Shown here piece after piece: positions 27,987 to 38,094 of a DNA stretch of 64,000 nucleotides; the stretch's first letter is position 1; each line of letters opens with the position of its first letter. The position numbers and the translations under genes were made by a program. Source of the DNA: a virus (lineage: Duplodnaviria > Caudoviricetes); the IMG/VR virus record IMGVR_UViG_3300021426_000005; one strand, 5' to 3'. The notes under the pieces are model-generated. The model was not told the origin of the DNA, made no database searches, and saw nothing but the letters and a program-made list of their open reading frames with translations.

Positions 27987-28481
27987 TTATTCACTAATCA
28001 GCCCTGAGTATTCCTTTGGCTCTTGATATTCATATGATTTTTTAGCTACTTCTGATGCAGTAACATCCGATGTTTGTCCAATTCCAAGCTCATCATAAAT
28101 CTTATCTACGGCTTCCGTAATAGGATCATACAATTTCTTGAATTCATCAGCATATCGCCATTCGTATTTATTACCCCGACAACCCTTGCACACATTGTCA
28201 AGTCCAGTCTGCTGATACTTACAGTTCCGACACTGACTCTCAAAGTTCAGATCATCAACGGCAGCTTTCAGAAGCTGCTTGGCTTTGTATAGTTCTTCAA
28301 CGGTGTCCCTTAGCATTTTATCTCGTTTCTCAAGTGCTCCCTGATTATCCTTCGATGCTTCCATCAATCCAAGCAAAAACGCTTCGATTTCATAGTCAGT
28401 ATCAAAATGATACTTTGATGCAATCTGCATTCTTACAGATTTTGAAAAATCATTAATATTCATATCAATGCTCCTTTCCAC
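27987..28481 (-). CDS. Hypothetical protein with an LLK.AV.D/CxxC/W module
   Basis: AKQLLKAAVDDL...CRNCKY...CKGC...YEWRYADE. Confidence 0.55.
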   Translation of the reverse strand: MERSIDMNINDFSKSVRMQIASKYHFDTDYEIEAFLLGLMEASKDNQGALEKRDKMLRDTVEELYKAKQLLKAAVDDLNFESQCRNCKYQQTGLDNVCKGCRGNKYEWRYADEFKKLYDPITEAVDKIYDELGIGQTSDVTASEVAKKSYEYQEPKEYSGLISE

Positions 28482-28824
28482 TACATCCTATCAGAGTTAG
28501 AGCTTCGGCTTCATGCCTCCAGGTGCAACACTTTGAATTAGAGTGATTAAGTGGACAATTCAAGCAAGTACGTTCACCGTGAAGTATACAATTACCGTAT
28601 TCATCGTCTGAATGCGATTCCAGCCAACGAAAATCCTCTACCGCAAAGCTCAGAAGTTTCTTTGATTGATTTAGTTCATTTTGACACAGTTCAATTTGCT
28701 TATCTGCTAATTTAAGCCGCTCTTCAGCACCTTTATGCAAAAAGCGTTCAATCATACCCCAAATACTAATACAAAGGTCTGTTATAAGAATTATAATAAA
28801 TATCACAGCTTGTACAGATGTCAT
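28465..28824 (-). CDS. Hypothetical protein, N-terminal TM segment + Cys-rich module
   Basis: KKLLSFAVEDF...CLNCP...WRHEAEALTLIG. Confidence 0.55.
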   Translation of the reverse strand: MTSVQAVIFIIILITDLCISIWGMIERFLHKGAEERLKLADKQIELCQNELNQSKKLLSFAVEDFRWLESHSDDEYGNCILHGERTCLNCPLNHSNSKCCTWRHEAEALTLIGCSGKEH

Positions 28825-29270
28825 TCTATATCACCGTCCTCCCCGATAAGTGTGAGAGCTTCCGCTTTGCCACTCCATTCCTGTGAGCATTGTCCGTTCA
28901 CATACCAATCGCAGCGTTCAGCGCAATCTCCCCACTCACATACGAAAGGCCATTCACTAATGGCGGATTTCAAAAGTCGCTTTGCTTCTTTATACCTTTC
29001 ATTCAATATTTCACCCTCTCGGAAAAGCATATCATACCGTTCAAGATCTGAAATATGTTCGACCTCATACTGTGCGCACCACTCTCTACGCTGTAACAGT
29101 TCCGTCAACCACTCAGCAAGCTGTCTGTGGTCTGCGGCACACTGTTTGCAAGATTCAACGTCCAGTCCATCAAGTATATCAATTAACTCTGCACTATCGG
29201 CTCTTTCTTGCTGTTCTCCTGCCACTTCAAGGCAATGCTTTATAGCCTCATCTAATGTAAGTTTACTCAT
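28821..29270 (-). CDS. Hypothetical protein
   Basis: LTLDEAIKHC...CAADHRQLAEWLTEL (common in Bacillota phages), plus the Cys-rich module. Confidence 0.6.
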   Translation of the reverse strand: MSKLTLDEAIKHCLEVAGEQQERADSAELIDILDGLDVESCKQCAADHRQLAEWLTELLQRREWCAQYEVEHISDLERYDMLFREGEILNERYKEAKRLLKSAISEWPFVCEWGDCAERCDWYVNGQCSQEWSGKAEALTLIGEDGDIE

Positions 29271-29730
29271 TTTCAGTCCCCCTTTCGCACGCTTTGAATG
29301 CTCGGATGAATTGTTCCAGAGTATTCAGCTCAGAAATGTTCGTAGTTAGCGCTCTACCAAGGTGATAGAATTTGTACCAGCCAACAAATTGATTAGAATT
29401 ATGGTCGGTGATCAGGATGTCATCATCTTCGGTACTGACCACAAAGTTCCCTACACTACCATATTCAACATCATCAAAAAAGTCATCCTCGTTTGTATAA
29501 ACAGATTTAACAATATTACACAGGTGGTCACGGGTTAGTGGTGTTGTACCTTGCTTGTGATAGGTGATATAAGCCGTGTCGGTAAGACTCATAAAATTTC
29601 GCTGTTGAGTTCTGCCGACAACTTCGTAGTCGGGGTGTTCTTTCAAAAACTCTGAGATTTTGTGCTGTATCTCCGCCGGAGTCCCAATATAAGTGTCACA
29701 CAACTCATTCATAATCATTCTCCTCCCCAT
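29263..29730 (-). CDS. Hypothetical protein
   Basis: ORF track; fits the operon packing. Confidence 0.5.
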   Translation of the reverse strand: MGRRMIMNELCDTYIGTPAEIQHKISEFLKEHPDYEVVGRTQQRNFMSLTDTAYITYHKQGTTPLTRDHLCNIVKSVYTNEDDFFDDVEYGSVGNFVVSTEDDDILITDHNSNQFVGWYKFYHLGRALTTNISELNTLEQFIRAFKACERGTENE

Positions 29731-29733
29731 TTA

Positions 29734-30252
29734 TTAAGTTTCATTTTGTCTCGCCTCTTTTGTGGCTTCTTCATACTCATAAACTTTACTTGTATCCATT
29801 TTTATGCCACACCTAGGGCAGTATTTAGATATTCTGCTATACCCAATATAACTACCATAAATATCACAGTTTCCACAATGATAAGGATCGACACAACGTT
29901 CTTTATCTCTTTCAATCCACCACTTACCAATTCTTTCAGGCTTGTTAGCTGTATTATTGTAATACCTCGATTTGTTAGTGGATATAATCTTGATACCCAT
30001 AATGCAGTAACCGTCCTTGACATATTTGGAATCACGCAAGATATATGTAACATCTACTTTCATCTCTCGACCTGTATAACCCAAACCGTCCGGTGTAACT
30101 GTCTCTTGTAACAATAACGTGTCACCCTCTTGAAAGGGTCGATCGTCTTTTCTCACCTCAAATGTCTTTTTGCCTTGTAGTATAGCGGCATAATATTCCG
30201 ACAATATTTTTAATTTATGTTCCATTTGTATCACCACCCATTCTTGCACCAC
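29734..30252 (-). CDS. ASCH/PUA-like (DUF3850) domain + zinc ribbon
   Basis: HKLKI..EYY.AI..GKKTFEVRKDDRPFQEGD.L.L.E...YTGR; C-terminal CGNC...CPRCG. Confidence 0.75.
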   Translation of the reverse strand: MVQEWVVIQMEHKLKILSEYYAAILQGKKTFEVRKDDRPFQEGDTLLLQETVTPDGLGYTGREMKVDVTYILRDSKYVKDGYCIMGIKIISTNKSRYYNNTANKPERIGKWWIERDKERCVDPYHCGNCDIYGSYIGYSRISKYCPRCGIKMDTSKVYEYEEATKEARQNET

Positions 30253-30667
30253 AGTTAGGGCAGAACTTAGATAGAATATCCTCTGTAAATGTCTGACACC
30301 CTACATTGACAGTTTCAGTATGCGCCCTGCAACCACAATTCGTGCAATGACACGGTACAGGGTTTCCATGATCATCACGGTAAGACCACTCCGCTTCACC
30401 CTGGACCACAGTATTCTTTACTTCGACATTCTTTACTTCGACACTATATGATGCAATTGATTCGTTGATAAGCATTGCCTGTGCCTTGTCTGCAAAATCT
30501 AAGCACTCTATTGCATCACTTATGGCATCTTTCATCTGCTCTGTCAGATAATATTTGTTGAAATGATAAAACTCTACAAGTAACTCCCTATGTCTCGAAT
30601 GCTCATTCCACCTCAAGGTAGCTATTGCCTTGGCAGATGCCTTATCTTTTTCATTGTTTATATACAT
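30215..30667 (-). CDS. Zinc-ribbon phage protein
   Basis: CTNCG...FCPNCGARM. Confidence 0.6.
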   Translation of the reverse strand: MYINNEKDKASAKAIATLRWNEHSRHRELLVEFYHFNKYYLTEQMKDAISDAIECLDFADKAQAMLINESIASYSVEVKNVEVKNTVVQGEAEWSYRDDHGNPVPCHCTNCGCRAHTETVNVGCQTFTEDILSKFCPNCGARMGGDTNGT

Positions 30668-30671
30668 ATTA

Positions 30672-30851
30672 TCACTGTCCCATCTTTTCAGGAGAATCTC
30701 TCCAAGAATTTTCGTATTCGAGCTCTTCGACCTTTTCTTTTAATCTCTTGTTTTCGTCAAGTATCTTCATTAACTTACATTCTCTTATGTGCTCACAAGT
30801 CATATCGATGGAATATTCTAAGCACATTCTGCATACTTCGTCCTTCGTCAT
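30672..30851 (-). CDS. Small Cys-containing coiled-coil protein (59 aa, MTKDEVCRMC...)
   Basis: Below the ORF-track cutoff; ATGA overlap with the upstream gene. Confidence 0.5.
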   Translation of the reverse strand: MTKDEVCRMCLEYSIDMTCEHIRECKLMKILDENKRLKEKVEELEYENSWRDSPEKMGQ

Positions 30852-31159
30852 TCTATATCACCACCCTTTATCATTCTTGCACCGCAACAAGGGCAAAAAT
30901 CAGTACCACTTATACCAAAGCTGTATATGATATCAAACCCACATTCTGAACATATTCTATCGTTTACCCATTTTCCAAATCTCACAAGCTGTACGTCTGC
31001 GGCTGGTACTTCCCCTATATCATCAATAGCATTTTCAATAGCACTACGCATAATATCAAGTTCGTGCCAATTCATGTTCAAATAAGACATCTGCGAAATA
31101 CTATCAAGTCTAGATTGGAGAATTTCAAATGCAGCTTTTCTGCTTATATATTCATCCAT
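30848..31159 (-). CDS. Zinc-ribbon phage protein
   Basis: MDEYISR.AA...PAADV...GKW...CSECG...FCPCCGARM. Confidence 0.65.
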   Translation of the reverse strand: MDEYISRKAAFEILQSRLDSISQMSYLNMNWHELDIMRSAIENAIDDIGEVPAADVQLVRFGKWVNDRICSECGFDIIYSFGISGTDFCPCCGARMIKGGDIE

Positions 31160-31314
31160 AATTCTTTGTCCTCCCTATTTACTGGCTGTTCATCAAACTC
31201 CATTTAACTCCTACTCGTTGGTATGCTCAAAGCCGACTATTAAGCCCTTTACGGGCGGCTGCCTCCACATCGTAAACGTTATTGATGTAGTCATAGCTGG
31301 AGCACCAGTAAAAA

Positions 31315-32271
31315 TTATTCTTTTATGTGGTTTAATGCAATTAACGAATTACCACAAGTGATACGATCCTCATCTTCTTCTTTTGACGGAACAAATACAA
31401 TAACGTCCCAACCGTCCTCTACTAAAGGTTGTTCAAATTTTTCATACACATCAAAATCGGTTACGATTTCGTATCCATTATCGTTAGCCTCTACTGTTTC
31501 ATGAATAGGTGTGATTTTGACGATACACTTTTTCTTATCGAAAAACTTATTCATCAATGCCACATCTAAATTAGACTTAGAGGTTGTGGCAAAATTCAAT
31601 GTGTATTTTCTGCCAACTGGCATAGGTAAATCATCTATAATTTTACCAATTTCCGCTAAGGAAAGGGACTTGTTCCTAAACATTCTGTTCCTATCCTCTT
31701 CGTCCAGTGTATTTATAGAAAACTGTAGGCCAAGTCCACCATTCCATGTGGCTGTTTTCATTAGATCCGTCCACTTAGAAAGAAAGGAAATAAGGTTTTT
31801 GTTACTCTTAGGCATCATCGTGGACACTACAGGGTGATATTCATCAAACACTGTATTGGCATATTCACCTATAATCTTCGTTGCTGTTATGACATCAGGA
31901 TTGAATGTGGGTTCACCCATACGAGCATAGTGTACATTTAACCTTTTGCCATGAGTCACACCGCTGAGAGATACTGCTGTACTAATCTCGGAAATCAATT
32001 CCCATGTATTTACATTGCCGTGAAAGCCAAGTTTAGGGCAATCACAAAAATCACAGGACATAGGGCACCCCTTTTGGGTAGATACGGTAACAACGAGCTT
32101 ATCGGTTAGCTTTACGGGTCTATGCTCAACCTTTTCTATTCGTTTGTTATACCCAAGAAACGAGGCTTTAATGTTATTCTCTTTCCCATAGTCCCCGACA
32201 TATAAGTATTCTATCCCAAGCTCTGTATCAGAGACAATTTTACCTGTTCTTGTATCTGTTATTTTTCTCAT
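31315..32271 (-). CDS. Radical SAM enzyme, RlmN/Cfr-like
   Basis: VSTQKGCPMSCDFC, MGEP, LQFSIN...R..M, and C-terminal ITCGN. Confidence 0.8.
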   Translation of the reverse strand: MRKITDTRTGKIVSDTELGIEYLYVGDYGKENNIKASFLGYNKRIEKVEHRPVKLTDKLVVTVSTQKGCPMSCDFCDCPKLGFHGNVNTWELISEISTAVSLSGVTHGKRLNVHYARMGEPTFNPDVITATKIIGEYANTVFDEYHPVVSTMMPKSNKNLISFLSKWTDLMKTATWNGGLGLQFSINTLDEEDRNRMFRNKSLSLAEIGKIIDDLPMPVGRKYTLNFATTSKSNLDVALMNKFFDKKKCIVKITPIHETVEANDNGYEIVTDFDVYEKFEQPLVEDGWDVIVFVPSKEEDEDRITCGNSLIALNHIKE

Positions 32272-32313
32272 TTGTATTCCTCCTCATAATAAGACATTTA
32301 ACTCTTCTTCGTA

Positions 32314-32574
32314 TTATTCATATACAGTAAATTTTGTAGAATCCTCTATAAAACTATCATCATCTGTAAATATAAATACTTCATCTGGATTTTTAGTTGT
32401 ATATACCCTAATAGGTTTAGCAATATGAGCTCCGGCATAACCCCCTTCTGTACAAACAGAAACTCGTTTATCTTTAAGCTCTGGATGCTCATGGAGAATA
32501 GCAACCAATTTTTTGGATAACTCCAACAATGTAACTTCATGATTATTCATTTTATCTTCTCCCTTTCTAATCAA
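32314..32574 (-). CDS. Hypothetical protein
   Basis: ORF track. Confidence 0.5.
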   Translation of the reverse strand: MIRKGEDKMNNHEVTLLELSKKLVAILHEHPELKDKRVSVCTEGGYAGAHIAKPIRVYTTKNPDEVFIFTDDDSFIEDSTKFTVYE

Positions 32575-33020
32575 GTGATTTCATAAATATGATAACAATA
32601 AACGGTATCTATATGTACATCATTATAGATATATTCATGTTGTGGGCTTTGAGTACCAATGTATGGACCCCAGCCACTCCATCTCCAACCACCGTCATCA
32701 GGTTGATCCTTGCGATTTACAGTGGACAGCCCAATAACATAACTTTTATTTGTGTCATTTAGTAGTTCTTTATGATATTCAAGTACCTGCTTGTAATTAT
32801 CACAAACTCCGTATGCCGTCCACTTATCCTTTATGCGATTTAGGCAGTTCTCTTCGATAAAGCAATCGAAATTGAATTTGAAGCCATCATGTCTATATAC
32901 TCCGGTTTCATAATGACTAAACATAGAATCAGCATCAGTAATATCCACATTGTGCATTGGTGCCAACATAGCCATTATACCTGATGGTATAATCGATATA
33001 ATATCGAGATCTTTTAACAT
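32571..33020 (-). CDS. Hypothetical conserved phage protein
   Basis: YGVCDN..Q...GGWRWSGWGPYIG motif. Confidence 0.6.
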   Translation of the reverse strand: MLKDLDIISIIPSGIMAMLAPMHNVDITDADSMFSHYETGVYRHDGFKFNFDCFIEENCLNRIKDKWTAYGVCDNYKQVLEYHKELLNDTNKSYVIGLSTVNRKDQPDDGGWRWSGWGPYIGTQSPQHEYIYNDVHIDTVYCYHIYEIT

Positions 33021-33046
33021 AATATTTACCTCCTTAAAAACATTAT

Positions 33047-33244
33047 TTATTTTATTATCTCAACGCTAGTTAAGACGATTGGCTCAGTAAGCTCCACAGA
33101 TTCACCGTTGACCTTGGCTAAAATCTTGACATTCCGTTCGTCAACTTCTTTGTTCTTCTGTGCAAACATCTCAGCAAAGGTTTCATTGATTTTCCTACAA
33201 ACTCTATCATAGGCATATACCCATTTGAAATCTTTGTCATCCAT
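33047..33244 (-). CDS. Hypothetical protein
   Basis: First gene of the accessory operon; AGGTGG RBS. Confidence 0.5.
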   Translation of the reverse strand: MDDKDFKWVYAYDRVCRKINETFAEMFAQKNKEVDERNVKILAKVNGESVELTEPIVLTSVEIIK

Positions 33245-33286
33245 AGATCACACCACCTTTCATAGACATATAACGATTTGTCATAT

Positions 33287-33325
33287 AAAAGAAAAAAGCA
33301 GAGGACGTTTAATCCTCTGCTTTAT
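33287..33325 (-). terminator. Intrinsic terminator after the sheath operon
   Basis: AAAGCAGAGGA...TCCTCTGCTTT stem followed by a T run on the - strand. Confidence 0.75.
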
Positions 33326-33343
33326 TATAGTCAATATTTACGT

Positions 33344-33718
33344 TTAGTCATTAAGATCCTCAATTCGGCTATATGCTTCATCTAGTGCTTCCGAAGCCTC
33401 AATAATACCGTCAACAAGTGCTTCATATTCCGCATTCTGGAAGTAGAATTTATCCCACATATCATACAGTGCATCAGCATCTTCATCACTTATAGACATA
33501 AACCACGGATAATTGTCAGGATTATCAATGACAAACTCAGGAGACTGCTTACCGTCTGGAAGGTCTTTATAAAACTGATTGATTGTGTCATATATCGAAC
33601 TGATACGGGCTTCAAGATCCGATTTTGCCACATTAAGATCAGCCATAATCTGATTCAGCTTATCAACATACTCAGCCATTGAAGAAATGCTTTCTGCTGC
33701 TTTGATATACTTTTTCAT
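33344..33718 (-). CDS. Acidic helical protein (MKKYIKAAE...)
   Basis: Directly downstream of the sheath gene. Confidence 0.6.
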   Translation of the reverse strand: MKKYIKAAESISSMAEYVDKLNQIMADLNVAKSDLEARISSIYDTINQFYKDLPDGKQSPEFVIDNPDNYPWFMSISDEDADALYDMWDKFYFQNAEYEALVDGIIEASEALDEAYSRIEDLND

Positions 33719-33731
33719 CTGAACACCCCCA

Positions 33732-36002
33732 TTACTGAGCGAACTGACTCAGATCAGTTCCAGGTGGCAGAGCGATCAGATCAATGGTGATATCATTGAT
33801 CACACCGTTGATGATGAGGTAGATCTTACCGATAACACTGTTCGCATTTACCTGATCCAGACCGTTAATGTCAGCTGCCATCTTGACATAGTAATCTTCG
33901 ATCGCACCGACATTTTTCATCGTGTCAAGTAGTGGTGTTACACCTGAGTAAAAATTGCCATATGCCTGCTCGTTATTGTATTGGAATGTTATACTCAATC
34001 CGCACTTGTAAGCTACATTCTCTACAGCGTTCACAAGATATCTGGTAGAGAGATTTGCAAGTGCCTGATAAGTAGCCGGAGGTACTTCAAACAGTGTGCT
34101 GTTGCCCCAGAGGTTTGTTCCCAGATCAGGAATTCTGGTGATAACATTTACGCCGACACCTTCCAGCTTCTGCCATACGTCAAGGAGCTTCTTAGGAACA
34201 ACGTAGTCCATCTTGCCGATATTGAGGTTATGTCTGCGATTTGTAGGCAAAGCCCACTCATACTGCGCAGGCTGATTGAGTATCTGTGCTCTCTGGATAA
34301 GCATTGCAAGGAATGAAGGTGAAGCAGTTCTCATTTTGCTTGTTCCCACATATCTGTACTGTCCCCAAGGTGCAAACAGTGTTGAATGGCTTGTATAGAG
34401 GACTGAATTTACATCGTTTCCACCTACAAAGGGTGTCATTCTTGCAAGCAACTGAGCATAACCAGGTGTGCTGTCGGAAGCATCGTAAACAAGTCCTCTT
34501 GGACAAGATCTTGGAATATCAATCAGACCAGTTGCACATCTGCTGTAGTATGCTATGTGCATAAGGATCTGATGGATCGGGGATACCTGAGACAGCGGAT
34601 ATTCAGCTGAAGCACCGAACTTAGTTCCGCAGATAACTTCGATATTCTGATCATCCCAACCAGCGCTCATTACTCTCTGAGGATTATAATTGAGCTTATC
34701 GACCAGAAGCTGATATGTCAGGAATGCGGCATTATATACCCACTCATTATGCGCAAGTGCGGCCAGCTTAACAGGATCTACCACAGAACAGTTAGTCCAT
34801 GCTGTAATGTAGGGTGTATCAGCTTCGGTAGCTCCGGCAATACCAGTATAGTAGCCACCAGGGGTAGAAGCTGGGATTCCGTTTGGTGTATCGGTGCAAC
34901 CATATCTTACTGTAGCATAGTCTTTAGCTACAGCCTTGAGGTTGTTAGTTACGGTAGTTACTGCTGAAGCATCACCATTAGCCAGACCGATAGCTTCCAC
35001 AGTTTCAAACTGCTTGAATATCGTACCTACAGTGAAATCTTCATTGGTTACAGCCTTGAATGTCCACTTAGTTACACCAGCTGTTACAGTGGTGGAATCT
35101 ACAACATAGTAAGAAGTCTTCGATGTAGCCCAATCGCTTGGCTCTACATATACAGTTGAGAAGTAGTATTCAGTAGAACCTGAACCAACTGTACCCTTAT
35201 GGAAATCCCCACCTACGCCTGTAGCATCATCAGCCGTTGTACCATAAAGCTGTGTAGGAACAGTAAGTGAATCTGTACCGCCGACAAGTGCAGTTATAAG
35301 ATCTGCTGTCTGTGATCCGTTGATAGGTGTAACTGTAGGCATAGAACCATCGGACTTACTATCCTTGATCGTACCATTGATAGCAAATGTTACATAGTTA
35401 GATTCTACTTCACCTACATATGGTACGGTTTCTGTTGCATTATTTTCATCAAATACGAATGAAAGGTTTTCAACTGCGGTCCGTGTTCCAGTATTCGCAT
35501 CAACAATGTATACGATCAGAGACCAATAGTTGAAATTACCGGAGGTATATCTGTTAAGTACACAACGGAGATTGTTTCCGAAAGTACCGACATACTTGGC
35601 ATTGATACCAAACAGAACATCACCATTTCCAGAATTGATCATATATCCGCCGGAAGCCTTTGCACCAGGGCATACACGACATACCAGAATATCATAACCA
35701 GATGTCAGCAGTGTCATAGCCATCTGATATGAATAATCATTTGCCAGCTTATAGTTGGATTCTGGACCACGATATGTAGCCACGAAAGACTCAAGTCCAG
35801 CCTGTGTAGCGGGGAAATGTGTCCAGCCAACTTCCTCAAGCATCATATCGATGCCATCAGCACTATCACCATATACAGACTGAGGATCCATGTAAGCTGG
35901 TCCCCAAGCTGCTGTAATAGGAAGTGCGATCGTAGCATATGAATTAGTTCCTATATTATAGGTGTAGTTCTCAGATATCTCATTAATAACTATCTTAGCC
36001 AT
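33732..36002 (-). CDS. Tail sheath protein
   Basis: IVINEISENY, WGP, AKYVGTFGNNLR, LWGNSTL, LSTRYLVN.VE, FQYNNE, GAIEDYYV C-terminal sheath motifs. Confidence 0.9.
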   Translation of the reverse strand: MAKIVINEISENYTYNIGTNSYATIALPITAAWGPAYMDPQSVYGDSADGIDMMLEEVGWTHFPATQAGLESFVATYRGPESNYKLANDYSYQMAMTLLTSGYDILVCRVCPGAKASGGYMINSGNGDVLFGINAKYVGTFGNNLRCVLNRYTSGNFNYWSLIVYIVDANTGTRTAVENLSFVFDENNATETVPYVGEVESNYVTFAINGTIKDSKSDGSMPTVTPINGSQTADLITALVGGTDSLTVPTQLYGTTADDATGVGGDFHKGTVGSGSTEYYFSTVYVEPSDWATSKTSYYVVDSTTVTAGVTKWTFKAVTNEDFTVGTIFKQFETVEAIGLANGDASAVTTVTNNLKAVAKDYATVRYGCTDTPNGIPASTPGGYYTGIAGATEADTPYITAWTNCSVVDPVKLAALAHNEWVYNAAFLTYQLLVDKLNYNPQRVMSAGWDDQNIEVICGTKFGASAEYPLSQVSPIHQILMHIAYYSRCATGLIDIPRSCPRGLVYDASDSTPGYAQLLARMTPFVGGNDVNSVLYTSHSTLFAPWGQYRYVGTSKMRTASPSFLAMLIQRAQILNQPAQYEWALPTNRRHNLNIGKMDYVVPKKLLDVWQKLEGVGVNVITRIPDLGTNLWGNSTLFEVPPATYQALANLSTRYLVNAVENVAYKCGLSITFQYNNEQAYGNFYSGVTPLLDTMKNVGAIEDYYVKMAADINGLDQVNANSVIGKIYLIINGVINDITIDLIALPPGTDLSQFAQ

Positions 36003-36207
36003 CTACTTCTTCCTCCTTGATAAGTTTACTTCTACCCTTTCTTGTAGGCTTAGAAGTTGTTGAGGTAACAGCAGGCTTAATGATCGTATTCTTAGTCTGC
36101 ACAAATCCCTCAGCATTGATAGCGCCTGGAACACTATGCACATCACCCGGCTTGAATTCAACACCGTAAAATGTCATTGTGCGACCAGACATATTCTTAT
36201 AAACCAC
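35995..36207 (-). CDS. Small virion protein
   Basis: Follows the late motif at 36239-36250; N-terminus homologous to that of the LRR protein. Confidence 0.6.
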   Translation of the reverse strand: MVYKNMSGRTMTFYGVEFKPGDVHSVPGAINAEGFVQTKNTIIKPAVTSTTSKPTRKGRSKLIKEEEVDG

Positions 36208-36248
36208 AATATCACCTCACAGAGATTATTTACTAATCATATATAAGG

Positions 36249-36872
36249 TTAGAGATCAGACTTAACGGATGGGTCAGCTATCTCAGTTTCAAATACGGTA
36301 CGTTTCAGATGCACTGGTGTATAGGTAACAAGAACACAACCTTCTGTCTTAAGCTGAAGAACCGCCTGATACAGTTGACCACTTTCTGCATATTCTGATG
36401 ACCCAGAAGACTGTTCTATCTCAGTATCACTATTTATAGCAATGCCAAACCTAATCACCCTATTTCCTTCATATGGAAGTCTGATTGGAAGAAAGTACAT
36501 AGATAAATATTTGAACATCAATTCTCTCATTATTTCATCAAGGTCTGCCTGAGTAGCGGTCAATACAGTAAGCCTATATGTCAGTGAAATTGGGATAGCC
36601 TTTTCATAATATAATTCATTAGTCTCCGGATCAATGACAGTTGAAACCCCAATATGTGCTCTACTGAAATTCATCCTTTCAGAATCTACTTGCGTATTTG
36701 GATCCCTAGATAGAGCTACTATCGGTAATTTTATTTCATCATTCTGTATCTGTGCAGCTACACCGATGATTTGTTCTGGACTGATGACCTTTACTACAGG
36801 ATTCGCTACCGAATCAGGATTAAAACTTTGTTCTAAGTCTTTAACTATGGCTTCATCATACTTATAGATCAT
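36249..36872 (-). CDS. Tail terminator / sheath stabiliser (gp15-like)
   Basis: KLPIVALSR...IPISLTYRLTVLT..QADLDEIMREL. Confidence 0.65.
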   Translation of the reverse strand: MIYKYDEAIVKDLEQSFNPDSVANPVVKVISPEQIIGVAAQIQNDEIKLPIVALSRDPNTQVDSERMNFSRAHIGVSTVIDPETNELYYEKAIPISLTYRLTVLTATQADLDEIMRELMFKYLSMYFLPIRLPYEGNRVIRFGIAINSDTEIEQSSGSSEYAESGQLYQAVLQLKTEGCVLVTYTPVHLKRTVFETEIADPSVKSDL

Positions 36873-37426
36873 TTCAAATCAGCCCCCTTATCATCAAGAT
36901 AATTCCCACGATAATCAGTATTGCCCTTGAGAAATGTATTAGATTTGTTGAATTTTTTACGCTCTTCAACCGGTGTCCTACCAACAATGTTCTTGTCATA
37001 CACCGGAACTACTTGTGCTATAATATGATCTGGTGCTTGCATAGCGGTAGTAAGTTCGACTACACGAAATATCCGATTCCCCAAGCTGGTGTACTGACCG
37101 GAAATGTGGAATAAGCAATCCCTCTGTAATGATTTCAGATTGAAGCTACAGTGTATAAGAAATGGGAGGTTTTTGTCATTTTCAACAACCCAGCCTAATC
37201 GCTTATACGTCTTAACGGTAGGCGTTCCGTCAAAGAATATGTGAGTATCGACTACATCAGAATAACTATCTACAACTGATTCCCCTTGTGCATTAGTTCC
37301 GGGCAGAAGCGGATATTGGTATCTGCAAGATATACCTTGCATTTCCAATGCTTCATCATACCGCTTCCGCATTATGAGTATATCGTCACCGATCAAATTC
37401 ATGCTCATAATATCACCACCACTCAA
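36869..37426 (-). CDS. Neck / head-closure protein (gp14-like)
   Basis: EALEMQGISCRYQYP...RLGW...FRVVEL; gene position. Confidence 0.55.
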   Translation of the reverse strand: MSGGDIMSMNLIGDDILIMRKRYDEALEMQGISCRYQYPLLPGTNAQGESVVDSYSDVVDTHIFFDGTPTVKTYKRLGWVVENDKNLPFLIHCSFNLKSLQRDCLFHISGQYTSLGNRIFRVVELTTAMQAPDHIIAQVVPVYDKNIVGRTPVEERKKFNKSNTFLKGNTDYRGNYLDDKGADLK

Positions 37427-38037
37427 GAATAATTATTCTCAGATAGAATATCTTCTATATTTGCTACAAATGTCAGCCAACTCCAATTCCATTTGTGAGT
37501 CTGGGATGATGCTGACAGATTAACAACGCTACCGTTTCTCAGAGATTCTGTAAATTCTTTCTCAGAAGGACTATAGCCATTATTGATCCATGTCGGATTT
37601 TCTGATATCTTGAATACAACGGCATAGGTTTTGAACTGCTTTACACCGTTAGATATATTCCAGACAGTAACCAGTCGGAGCTTATCGTATTCCAACCCCA
37701 AAAGTGATGCAAGAAACTCCAGCTGATCATGTGGTAAATTCCGTTGCTGATCATAAGTCACCAAGAAGCCATACTTACTGAGCGTTTTAAGTATTTCATC
37801 AGTAGAAGGTTCAAAATCAATTACAGATGGATCTTCTGACACAAGACTACCCTCCGCACCAAGTACACAAGTATACAAATCACCATACTCAGCATGATAG
37901 ACCCTGATCCTCAATCCGGTCAGTATAGGTGCATTGAGAATATCAGACACTTTTATACTCAGCTTGGTGCTAATATTTGATTTAACATTTATAAGCTGTC
38001 GCCAATCAGAAATGTTGTACCTTAGTTCTTTTCCCAT
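37423..38037 (-). CDS. Hypothetical protein (neck region)
   Basis: ORF with GGAG RBS. Confidence 0.55.
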   Translation of the reverse strand: MGKELRYNISDWRQLINVKSNISTKLSIKVSDILNAPILTGLRIRVYHAEYGDLYTCVLGAEGSLVSEDPSVIDFEPSTDEILKTLSKYGFLVTYDQQRNLPHDQLEFLASLLGLEYDKLRLVTVWNISNGVKQFKTYAVVFKISENPTWINNGYSPSEKEFTESLRNGSVVNLSASSQTHKWNWSWLTFVANIEDILSENNYS

Positions 38038-38094
38038 AAATTACCATCTCCTATAAGAAATGCACCCCACTTCATGCAGAGTGCATTTGCTGTA

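Noticed and set aside
31160-31314. Intergenic gap as a structured ncRNA
   Set aside because: No convincing stem or known motif by eye; may be gene remnants.
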